Of a stretch of 64,000 bases of DNA, positions 20,525 through 29,111 are shown piece by piece. The stretch comes from a virus: positions 25,423 through 89,422 of IMG/VR virus record IMGVR_UViG_3300025168_000047, one strand, 5' to 3'. The stretch's first letter is position 1. Every line of letters begins with the position of its first letter. A program made the position numbers and the translations under genes. The notes beneath the pieces are model-generated. The model saw nothing but the letters and a program-made list of their open reading frames with translations. It was not told where the DNA came from and searched no databases.

Positions 20525-23500
20525 TTGAAGTTCGCACACATAGCGGATACACATATCCGCAATTTAAAATACCATTTTGAGTACCGAGCGGTATTCGAGA
20601 AGATGTACGAGGAGTTACGTAAAGAAAACGTAGACTGTATTGTACATTGCGGTGATCTTGCTCATACAAAGACTCAGCTAAGTCCTGAGTATTTTGAAAT
20701 GGCAACTAACTTTTTGAGGTCACTTGCTGATATTGCACCAACTTACATCATTCCCGGAAACCACGACGGGAATCTCAAGAATAGTAATCGCCAAGATGCG
20801 ATCACGCCAATCATTGACGCACTGGAACACCCAAATTTACACCTTCTTAAAGATTCTGGTGAAGTCTCGTTAAACGACGACTTTACTTTGAATGTCCTTT
20901 CTGTTTTCGACGAAGATAATTGGACAAAACCAAGTGATGACAGCAAAATTAATATTGCTTTATATCACGGCTCTATCAGTGGCTGCAAAACTGATCTTAA
21001 CTGGACAATGGAGTATGGAGAAAATGACATTACAATTTTTGAAGGACACGATTTTGCCCTTCTTGGAGACATTCATAAAACTGATCAAGTCCTTGATCAG
21101 GACGGTCGCATCAGATATTGCGGTTCGACTGTTCAGCAAAATCATGGAGAGACTAACGATAAAGGCTTTCTCGTCTGGGACATAGAAAATAAAGATAAGT
21201 TCTCAGTTAAACACGTTGTGTTAGAGAATCCAAAACCCTTTATTACAATCAACTTAACCCCGAAGGGTCGTTTGCCTAAAAAGCTTAACGTACCATCGGG
21301 ATCTCGCATTCGCGTTGCTGCTAACAACAACATCCCACTTGATGTTTTACGGAAAGCTATGGATGTGGCAAAAACAAGATTCAAACCAGAATCGCTTACG
21401 TTTTTAAATCGCGCAGCCGGAGATCGAGGAAGTGTTGAGAGCTTGACAGAAGCATTGAAGAAGGAAGACCTTCGCGATGTAGCAATTCAAGAAAAGTTTA
21501 TTAAAGAGTATCTCAAAGATTATGAACCAGAAGTAGAGGTTCTTGAGCGTGTCTTTGATTTCAATGGACAATATAATACGCTCGCTGTACAAGAAGAGGA
21601 GGTCGCACGTCATGTTGAGTGGAAACTCGAATCTATGGAATGGGACAATCTTTTCAACTACGGCGAGGGTAACAAAATAGACTTTACAAAGTTGAACGGT
21701 ATCGTCGGCATCTTTGGAAAGAACTATTCTGGTAAATCCAGTATTGTTGACTCCCTCTTGTTTGCTTTATATAACTCTACTTCCAAGAGAAATAGAAAGA
21801 ACTTACATATTATTAATCAAACAAAAGAAGAGTGTGCAGGAAAACTAAACATTCGAGTTGGAAATAAAATATATACAATTCAGCGATTAGCTGAGAAGTA
21901 TGAAAAGCGTCTTCACGGAAAGACAACCATGGAAGCTAAGACCGATATTGAATTCAGCACATCAGATGAAGTAACCGGAGAAGAAGTAAGCTTAAACGGA
22001 TTAACTAGAAATGACACAGACAAGAACATTCGTAAGATTTTTGGAACAATGGACGACTTTCTTTTGACTTCAATGTCTTCACAAATCGATTCATTGGCCT
22101 TCATTAAAGAAGGTTCAACAAAGCGAAAAGAGATACTTGCGAAGTTTCTTGACTTAGAAATCTTTGAAAAGAAGTACAGAATGGCCAAAGACGACGTAGC
22201 AGACCTCAGAGGGGCTCTAAAACGCCTTGAGGAGCGCGATTTCGACACAGAGGTAACAGAAGCCGAAGAAGAGCTTTCGGCCAATACAGCGGCAACCAAG
22301 AAGCATAAGAAGACTTGCGAAGTTGTCAAGCTTGAACTGTCTGAGCTTAAAGATGACCTTACGGAGATCCAAACAGCAATAAATGCAACGCCCGCACAGA
22401 TTATCAATATTGAAAAAATAACTAAAAACTTAGAAGACAAAAAACAGGACTTTATTAATTGCGGAGAATCTATTTTAGATCACAAAGCTGCGATTAAACA
22501 AAAGCAAGCAATTCTTGGAAAGATAGTGGAGTTTTTACACGGCTTCGACATCACAAGTTTGATGAACAAAAGAGAGGTTATCGTTTCAAAAAGACGAGAG
22601 CTTGAATCGATTATGAATGAAATCAATCTTGAGCAAACAAAACTAAAAAGCAACAGAAAAAAGCTTCAACTTTTAGAAGAAGTACCTTGTGGTTCTGAAT
22701 TTTCTCATTGCAAATTTATTCACGATGCTTATGTTGCTAGAGACAAGGTTGATGTCATCGGAGATCTTATCGATGAGTTAAAAGAAAAAGATGAAGTCAT
22801 CGAAGGCGAGATAGAGAAGTTAGATCCAGACAAAGTAGAAGAGCACATTGCAAACTACAATCAAGTTCTTAATAGACAGACAAATTTGAATGGACTTATT
22901 TCAAAGCTAGCGATGTCGATTGAGCAGAACAGGACTCACCAGAAACTGTTAAAGCACGAGATCGAAGCTTTAGAAGAACAAGTCGAAGAATATAACGACA
23001 ACAAAGAGATGATAGAGAACTTAGAAAACCTTCTAATCTCCAAAGAAAAGATGGAAGAAGAGATCTCAGAAAAAAACGATGTATTAGAAGAATGTGAGAA
23101 TAACTTGTTAACTCTTTATAAAACAAACGGATCATTAGAGCAGCAGTTAGAAAACTTACAAGAATCCAAAAACGAGCTAGCTCAGCTTCGTGAGGGTTAT
23201 GCCGCATACGATTTGTTTATGAAGTGCATGCATCCAAATGGAATTCCATACGACATTATTAAAAGAAGGTTACCTCTTATTAACGAAGAGGTTGCAAAGA
23301 TTCTAACAAATGTTGTCGACTTTGAAGTCTTCTTTGAGGCCGATGGCAACAAACTTGAGATCTTTATTAAGCATCCTCGTTACGATGCTCGACCAATCGA
23401 ATTAGGTTCAGGGGCAGAAAAGACAATTGCTGCTATGGCAATACGTTTAGCTCTTCTTGGAGTATCTAGTTTGCCTAAGCCAGACATCTTTGTTTTGGAC

Positions 23501-23677
23501 GAACCCGGAACGGCTCTTGATGAAGATAACATGGAGGGCTTTATAAAAATTCTAGATATGGTAAAATCATCATTTAAGACCGTACTACTTATATCACACT
23601 TAGACTCATTAAAAGACTGCGTTGATACAACAATCGACATAGAAAGACAAGATGGGTTTGCTTACATAAACCAATAG
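20525..23677 (+). CDS. Fused Mre11/SbcD (gp47-like) nuclease and Rad50/SbcC (gp46-like) ATPase
   Basis: Metallophosphoesterase motifs ADTH, GDLAH, PGNHD, YHG, LGDIH; then Walker A GKNYSGKSS, long coiled coil, signature LGSGAEK, Walker B VLDEPGTALD, H-loop ISH; TTG start with GAGG RBS. Confidence 0.92.
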   Translation: MKFAHIADTHIRNLKYHFEYRAVFEKMYEELRKENVDCIVHCGDLAHTKTQLSPEYFEMATNFLRSLADIAPTYIIPGNHDGNLKNSNRQDAITPIIDALEHPNLHLLKDSGEVSLNDDFTLNVLSVFDEDNWTKPSDDSKINIALYHGSISGCKTDLNWTMEYGENDITIFEGHDFALLGDIHKTDQVLDQDGRIRYCGSTVQQNHGETNDKGFLVWDIENKDKFSVKHVVLENPKPFITINLTPKGRLPKKLNVPSGSRIRVAANNNIPLDVLRKAMDVAKTRFKPESLTFLNRAAGDRGSVESLTEALKKEDLRDVAIQEKFIKEYLKDYEPEVEVLERVFDFNGQYNTLAVQEEEVARHVEWKLESMEWDNLFNYGEGNKIDFTKLNGIVGIFGKNYSGKSSIVDSLLFALYNSTSKRNRKNLHIINQTKEECAGKLNIRVGNKIYTIQRLAEKYEKRLHGKTTMEAKTDIEFSTSDEVTGEEVSLNGLTRNDTDKNIRKIFGTMDDFLLTSMSSQIDSLAFIKEGSTKRKEILAKFLDLEIFEKKYRMAKDDVADLRGALKRLEERDFDTEVTEAEEELSANTAATKKHKKTCEVVKLELSELKDDLTEIQTAINATPAQIINIEKITKNLEDKKQDFINCGESILDHKAAIKQKQAILGKIVEFLHGFDITSLMNKREVIVSKRRELESIMNEINLEQTKLKSNRKKLQLLEEVPCGSEFSHCKFIHDAYVARDKVDVIGDLIDELKEKDEVIEGEIEKLDPDKVEEHIANYNQVLNRQTNLNGLISKLAMSIEQNRTHQKLLKHEIEALEEQVEEYNDNKEMIENLENLLISKEKMEEEISEKNDVLEECENNLLTLYKTNGSLEQQLENLQESKNELAQLREGYAAYDLFMKCMHPNGIPYDIIKRRLPLINEEVAKILTNVVDFEVFFEADGNKLEIFIKHPRYDARPIELGSGAEKTIAAMAIRLALLGVSSLPKPDIFVLDEPGTALDEDNMEGFIKILDMVKSSFKTVLLISHLDSLKDCVDTTIDIERQDGFAYINQ
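23584..23591 (+). promoter_or_regulatory. Candidate late promoter ACTACTTA for the lysis-like cassette
   Basis: Matches ACTANTTA; inside the end of the Mre11-Rad50 gene, about 95 nt before the holin-like gene. Confidence 0.4.
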
Positions 23678-23686
23678 GAGAAAACT

Positions 23687-23887
23687 ATGACACAGTTAAA
23701 AGCACATTTAGATAAATTTTTAGAGAGATGGACATCCCGCAAACTTATGGTTTGGGGTACAGCAACAGCATTCTTGGCATTTGATAAGCTCGGCCCTGAT
23801 GAATGGGTTGCTGTTTCACTAGCGTACATTGGAATTGAGGGCCTTGCTGACATCGCAACGAGGTGGAAGCATGGCGACAATCGATGA
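23687..23887 (+). CDS. Putative holin
   Basis: 66 aa, SRKL motif followed by two short hydrophobic segments; AGGAG RBS. Confidence 0.55.
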   Translation: MTQLKAHLDKFLERWTSRKLMVWGTATAFLAFDKLGPDEWVAVSLAYIGIEGLADIATRWKHGDNR

Positions 23888-24303
23888 GTTGGTTAGCATT
23901 AAAACATGGTTTGCAAAAGGCTTGGCTCTGGTGCAGACACAATTGGAAAGTTGTTGCTTTATTAGTGTACACTATTCTTCTTTACTTGTTGTTTAGTAAG
24001 AACGCGAGAAACGCAAAATCTGTTCTTGAAGAAACAAGGAACGCCCATAAGGCTGAAATTGATTCTTTAAAGAAGTCGCATTCTTCAGAACTACAGAAGC
24101 GAGACGAGAATCTTAAGAAATATCAAGAAGTTATAAAGCAGATTGAACAAGAGTATGCAGAAAGAAGGGAAGCTTTATCAGCAGCTAAAAAGAAGCAAGT
24201 CAAGGATATTGTTGATAAACATGGAGATGACCCTCAAAAATTAGCTGAACTTGTAAGAGACAGCTTCGGCTTTGAGATTCACGTAGGAGAGGACGATGAA
24301 TAA
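23884..24303 (+). CDS. Membrane-anchored coiled-coil protein (i-spanin-like)
   Basis: ATGA overlap start at 23884; N-terminal TM helix (VVALLVYTILLYLLF) then a charged coiled coil. Confidence 0.5.
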   Translation: MSWLALKHGLQKAWLWCRHNWKVVALLVYTILLYLLFSKNARNAKSVLEETRNAHKAEIDSLKKSHSSELQKRDENLKKYQEVIKQIEQEYAERREALSAAKKKQVKDIVDKHGDDPQKLAELVRDSFGFEIHVGEDDE

Positions 24304-24718
24304 GATCACAGCTTTAGTTTTATTGTTTTTTATTCCAGCCATTGCGCTAGCAGATCCACAGATCGCACCTTTGAATAAATATCAAAAGGCACCGTTCTCC
24401 GGAGTCTTATACAATTCAGAGGCAATTGCCGAAATGGTTGCTTGGAAAGATACTTTAATCCAACAACACCAGCTAGCTTTAGATCAATTAAGAGCTAGTC
24501 TAAATGCCGAGTGTAGCCTTCAAGTTAATAATCTTCAAGCAGAAGTCGATGCATGTAATGATCGTTATGGCGAAATGCTCGGAATTAAAAATCAGCAGAT
24601 TATAAAACTTGAAGAATTAGCTTTAGAGCGTTCAAATTCTTATTCAGTTCTATGGCTTGGTGGCGGAATTATTATTGGAGTATTGACAACCATTGGGATT
24701 GTTTATGTCACAAAATAA
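24296..24718 (+). CDS. Exported coiled-coil protein with C-terminal TM helix (spanin-like)
   Basis: Signal peptide ending ALA-DPQ, heptad region with two Cys, C-terminal WLGGGIIIGVLTTIGIVYV. Confidence 0.45.
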   Translation: MNKITALVLLFFIPAIALADPQIAPLNKYQKAPFSGVLYNSEAIAEMVAWKDTLIQQHQLALDQLRASLNAECSLQVNNLQAEVDACNDRYGEMLGIKNQQIIKLEELALERSNSYSVLWLGGGIIIGVLTTIGIVYVTK

Positions 24719-25119
24719 TGTGGGCTCTGCTTTTTATATTGTTATGGCCATCTCCCGAACTTAGCCAGACAGTTTATAATAGAGGTCATGATCTAGGCCC
24801 TCTTGCTGAATTACATTATTATGGTGCTGACGATTTTTGCTCTGTACAGCCTCGTCCGTTATATTCAGGAGAGCTAGAAGGGCTCCCTCTTTATAAAATA
24901 TTTTACAACGAGCTTACGAATCTGGTTGGTTTTGAGTTTCGGATACTTTACAACACACAGGCCCCGTATAGTATCCCCGGTTGCACCCCACCCAACACAC
25001 CTGAATGTGCAGCACCCCTTAGCTATAACTACAGTGGCTATTCCATTGTTATTACTCAGGAAGAAAAATTCTTGTTTGAAATCTCGAAATACAACCCTCA
25101 GCAAACTATTTATTACTAG
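24718..25119 (+). CDS. Hypothetical exported protein
   Basis: TAATG-coupled start at 24718 (MWALLFILLWP...), hydrophobic N-terminus. Confidence 0.4.
   Translation: MWALLFILLWPSPELSQTVYNRGHDLGPLAELHYYGADDFCSVQPRPLYSGELEGLPLYKIFYNELTNLVGFEFRILYNTQAPYSIPGCTPPNTPECAAPLSYNYSGYSIVITQEEKFLFEISKYNPQQTIYY
25105..25112 (+). promoter_or_regulatory. Candidate late promoter ACTATTTA
   Basis: 28 nt upstream of fibre gene ATG 25141. Confidence 0.6.
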
Positions 25120-25140
25120 CAAAATAGGGACCAAAAATGC

Positions 25141-28100
25141 ATGGCAACAAAAGGATTCAGACCGGGCGTAGGCAATATTGCCAATTATACCGAGGGCAAA
25201 CTTAAACAAAAAATAAGTCAGTATTCCACTGGCGGCACTACCGACGTATCCAATCTCACAACTAAAATCTCCAGTTCATATGATGACCATAACAATTTAG
25301 CTGGAGACTTAGTTATCGAAAAGACATTAAACGTGTCTGGTAACTTTTCGACTGCCGGCAATATCTCCGGTTCTGGCAAAGGTTACTTTGAAAAAGATGT
25401 AGAGGTAGCTGACAATCTTTTGGTTTCTGGTTCTGGAACTTTTGTTGGCAACCTGTCAAGCTCCGGAAAAGCTTACTTTGAAAAAGATGTAGAGGTCGCT
25501 GATAATCTTTCGATCTCAGGTTCGGTTACCATCGGCCCGGATGCTGATGGCACCGACCGTACAATCACATTTGGACACTCGACTCTAAAGACCACAATCG
25601 GTATCGACGACAGCGGAGATGTTTTCGCTATTAATACCGATGACGCATTTGAAGCCGCAAACGATTTACAAATAGATGCAAGCGGACATGTTACATTAGG
25701 CAATGGCAATCTTGTCATCGGTGCCGATGCGGACGGAACGGATAGAACAATCACATTTGGGCACTCTACTTTAAAATCAACAATCGGTATTGATGATAGT
25801 GGTGACGTCTTTGCTATTAATACTGACAACGCTTTTGAGGCAGCTAACGACCTGCAAATTGATACTAACGGAAATGTTAGTTTAGGTAATGGTGGAATTA
25901 GCGTTGCTGGAAACATCTCAGGCTCAGGCAAAGGTTATTTTGAAAAGGACGTTGAGATAGCTGACAATCTAAAAGTCACAGGCTCCGCAACAGTCGGATC
26001 TCTTGTAGCTAACGGGGTCATCTCCGGTTCTGGTAAAGCATATTTTGAGAAAGACGTCGAAATCGCCGACGACTTAAAAGTTACAGGCAGTGCAACTATT
26101 GGTGGGGATCTCACAGTCAACGGGACAACAACAACCGTTAACTCTACAACAGTGACAATAGACGACCCAATCTTCACTCTTGGTGGCGACACAGCCCCCG
26201 GTTCAGATGACAATAAAGATCGAGGCATCGAATTTAATTGGCATAACGGATCCGCAGCGAAAGTTGGCTTTTTTGGTTTTGATGACTCAACAGGTTATTT
26301 TACTTTTGTTCCCGATGCATCAAACTCTTCAGAAGTTTTTTCAGGGACAAAGGGGACCGTTGATGTTGGAGGGCTTATCGTTTCCGGTATTATTTCTGGT
26401 TCTGGCAAAGCATATTTTGAAAAAGACGTGGAAATCGCCGACAATCTTTTAGTTACAGGCTCTGCAACCGTTGGGTCTCTCGTCGCCAACGGCATTATTT
26501 CTGGTTCCGGTAAAGCATATTTTGAAAAAGATCTTGAGATTGCCGACAATCTTTTAGTTACTGGTTCTGCAACCGTTGGGTCTCTTGTAGCTAACGGAAT
26601 CATCTCTGGTTCTGGTAAAGCATATTTTGAAAAAGATCTTGAGATTGCAGATAATCTTTTAGTTACAGGCTCAATTACATCAAAAGGTAATGTAGTTGTT
26701 GGCGCAGATGCAGACGGGACAGACAGAATAATAACTTTTGGTCACTCAACTTTAAAATCTGTGATTGGGATCGACGATAGCGGTGACGTCTTTGCTATCA
26801 ACACAGACAATGCTTTCGAAGCAGCTAACGACCTGCAAATTGATACGAACGGAAATGTATCTTTAGGTAACGGGAACCTTGCTATTGGGGCCGATGCTGA
26901 TGGCTCAGATAGAACAATTACCTTTGGACACTCCACATTAAAGTCTGTTATCGGTATTGACGACAGCGGTGATGTTTTTGCAATCAATACGGACGACGCC
27001 TTTGAGGCTGCCAATGACCTACAGATTGATGCTTCTGGCGAGGTTACTCTAGGTAATGGTGGGCTCAGCGTTGCAGGAAACATTTCTGGTTCCGGAAAGG
27101 CATACTTTGAGAAGGACGTTGAAATAGCTGACAACCTTAAAGTCACAGGATCGGCAACAATCGGCTCAGCGGCCACAAATACATTTTCAATAGACACTGC
27201 CGGTCGAGTGTCCGGATCTGCCGGAGCTATCTTTGAAGGAGACATTGTTACAGCAGATAACATCGCAGCCACTGGTTCGATAACTGCCGGCACAGGCTTT
27301 ACGCTTGGTACCGACGCCGATGGAACTGATAGAATAATCACTTTTGGACACTCAACTCTAAAGTCGGTAATTGGTATCGATGATAGTGGCGATGTCTTTG
27401 CTATCAACACGGATGATGCCTTCGAGGCCGCAAACGACTTGCAGATCGATGCTAACGGACATGTAACACTGGGCAACGGTAATCTTGTTATTGGAGCCGA
27501 TGCCGATGGCACAGACAGAACAATCACGTTTGGACATTCTACTTTAAAATCGACAATTGGTATCGACGACAGCGGCGACGTGTTTGCTATTAATACCGAC
27601 AATGCCTTCGAGGCAGCGAATGATCTACAAATTGATGCAAACGGGAATGTTAGCTTAGGTAACGGAGCATTGTCGGTTGCAGGTAACGTTTCTGGTTCTG
27701 GTAAAGGTTATTTTGAAAAAGATGTCGAAATTGCTGATAATCTTTTTGTTTCAGGTAATTTAGGCGTAGGAACGTCGAGTACCCTTTCGGCTTCAATTAA
27801 TACTAATGGAAATATTAGAGATGTTAAATATTCAAACGGTGCTGGTGCAAGATCTTCTTTGAGATTAGCAAAAGCAAAAGGGTCTGAAGCTTCCCCTGCA
27901 GTTGTAACAAACGCACATTCGGTCGGTCAGGTTGAATTTTCAGCTTTTGATGGTGCAAATTATGTTGAGTGTGCTAGCATTGTAGCTAAGATCTCTGGAA
28001 CCCCCGGTGCCGATGACATGCCGGGAGCCTTACATTTCGCTACAACAGCAGATGGAGCCAAAGAAGTCAGCGATAGAATGGTGATCACAGAAGCTGGAAA

Positions 28101-28962
28101 TACATATTTTAGTGGAAATGTAAAGATCGCCGATGATCAGAGGTTGTTTTTTGGTACCGAAAACGAATGCTTTATTGAGTATGACGAAAACAATTCCGAC
28201 TTCCTTGTTATCTCAGGTTCGGATGCAGGGATGGTTCTTTCGGGATCGACAGTACAAATTAGAGGAACACTAGAAGGTGCGTCTCCGTTGATGATCGCCG
28301 GAGGCGTTGAAATGGTGGCATCGTCGAACGGAGGAGAAACTTCCTTTACGTTTGGAGACGGACCATTTGAATTTAGTGGTTCCTTTATGGCACTAGCTAA
28401 TGAAAGATGGTTACATTTCGGAAATATGCATCATTGTGGATTACGATGTGCTTCTGGAAGTTGGGATGATTCTTGGTTTGATATGTCTGGCTCAAACATT
28501 TGCCTTTCTGGTTCTTTAATTTCAACAACTGGCAAGATTGGTGTGGGGATAACTTTAGAATCTGATGGGATTACTCACGGAATCACGCTTCCAAACACAA
28601 CCGGAGTCACTGGTAAAGTAAAAGCGAATGCTTATACAACATACTCATCTGCACGATATAAGAACAACATTAAACCAATTCAAAATGCCTTAGACACTCT
28701 TTGCAGCATCGAAGGGGTCACTTATCGATGGAAATCCAGTGACTTAGAAGATATCGGGTTCATCGCTGAAGATGTTGGAAAAGTAATGCCAGAAATTGTA
28801 GAATGGGAATCTGATGGAGTCAACGCACAGTCGATGGATTACACTAGAATAACCCCAGTTTTGGTCGAAGCTGTGAAAGAACAGCAGACTCAAATAAAAA
28901 AACAAAAAAAATTAATAGAGCAACTTTTTGAAAAGATTGAAGAACTTGAAAAAGACTCTTAA
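25141..28962 (+). CDS. Modular fibre protein with C-terminal peptidase S74 intramolecular chaperone
   Basis: Interleaved repeats; C-terminal YSSARYKNNIKPI...GFIAEDV...MDYTRITPVLVEAVKEQ plus coiled coil. Confidence 0.85.
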   Translation: MATKGFRPGVGNIANYTEGKLKQKISQYSTGGTTDVSNLTTKISSSYDDHNNLAGDLVIEKTLNVSGNFSTAGNISGSGKGYFEKDVEVADNLLVSGSGTFVGNLSSSGKAYFEKDVEVADNLSISGSVTIGPDADGTDRTITFGHSTLKTTIGIDDSGDVFAINTDDAFEAANDLQIDASGHVTLGNGNLVIGADADGTDRTITFGHSTLKSTIGIDDSGDVFAINTDNAFEAANDLQIDTNGNVSLGNGGISVAGNISGSGKGYFEKDVEIADNLKVTGSATVGSLVANGVISGSGKAYFEKDVEIADDLKVTGSATIGGDLTVNGTTTTVNSTTVTIDDPIFTLGGDTAPGSDDNKDRGIEFNWHNGSAAKVGFFGFDDSTGYFTFVPDASNSSEVFSGTKGTVDVGGLIVSGIISGSGKAYFEKDVEIADNLLVTGSATVGSLVANGIISGSGKAYFEKDLEIADNLLVTGSATVGSLVANGIISGSGKAYFEKDLEIADNLLVTGSITSKGNVVVGADADGTDRIITFGHSTLKSVIGIDDSGDVFAINTDNAFEAANDLQIDTNGNVSLGNGNLAIGADADGSDRTITFGHSTLKSVIGIDDSGDVFAINTDDAFEAANDLQIDASGEVTLGNGGLSVAGNISGSGKAYFEKDVEIADNLKVTGSATIGSAATNTFSIDTAGRVSGSAGAIFEGDIVTADNIAATGSITAGTGFTLGTDADGTDRIITFGHSTLKSVIGIDDSGDVFAINTDDAFEAANDLQIDANGHVTLGNGNLVIGADADGTDRTITFGHSTLKSTIGIDDSGDVFAINTDNAFEAANDLQIDANGNVSLGNGALSVAGNVSGSGKGYFEKDVEIADNLFVSGNLGVGTSSTLSASINTNGNIRDVKYSNGAGARSSLRLAKAKGSEASPAVVTNAHSVGQVEFSAFDGANYVECASIVAKISGTPGADDMPGALHFATTADGAKEVSDRMVITEAGNTYFSGNVKIADDQRLFFGTENECFIEYDENNSDFLVISGSDAGMVLSGSTVQIRGTLEGASPLMIAGGVEMVASSNGGETSFTFGDGPFEFSGSFMALANERWLHFGNMHHCGLRCASGSWDDSWFDMSGSNICLSGSLISTTGKIGVGITLESDGITHGITLPNTTGVTGKVKANAYTTYSSARYKNNIKPIQNALDTLCSIEGVTYRWKSSDLEDIGFIAEDVGKVMPEIVEWESDGVNAQSMDYTRITPVLVEAVKEQQTQIKKQKKLIEQLFEKIEELEKDS
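25357..27760 (+). repeat. Two interleaved intragenic repeat families (A about 30-36 aa, B 62 aa)
   Basis: A = ISGSGKAYFEKDVEIADNLxVTGS (9 clear copies plus a degenerate one); B = IGADADGTDRTITFGHSTLKS...AANDLQIDxNGxVxLGNG (6 copies in 3 tandem pairs). Confidence 0.9.
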
Positions 28963-28999
28963 ATACCCCTTTTCACCCTGAATAAATGCCGTCCTTTTT

Positions 29000-29007
29000 A
29001 CTATTTA
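29000..29007 (+). promoter_or_regulatory. Candidate late promoter ACTATTTA
   Basis: Intergenic, directly before a long hairpin and about 105 nt before ATG 29112. Confidence 0.65.
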
Positions 29008-29015
29008 TCTTTAGT

Positions 29016-29080
29016 CGGGGGGCATTTCAATTTAGTCTAAGAATAACACGTTTATTCCGGATTAGATTGGTGCGTCTCCG
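29016..29080 (+). ncRNA. Predicted long interrupted hairpin in the 5' leader of the fibre gene
   Basis: CGGGGGGCA/TGCGTCTCCG outer stem, CAATTTAGTCT/GGATTAGATTG middle stem, GAATAA/TTATTC inner stem; several G-U pairs favour the + strand. Confidence 0.55.
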
Positions 29081-29111
29081 CACATAATTAGACAAAAAGG
29101 AGAAATTAATT

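Noticed and set aside
25357-27760. Repeats as a CRISPR array
   Set aside because: They are in-frame protein repeats with synonymous variation, with no unique spacers and no cas genes.
28963-29111. tRNA or self-cleaving ribozyme in the larger intergenic gaps (also 45037-45245)
   Set aside because: No cloverleaf or T-loop and no hammerhead CUGAnGA/GAAA core; reported only as structured leaders.
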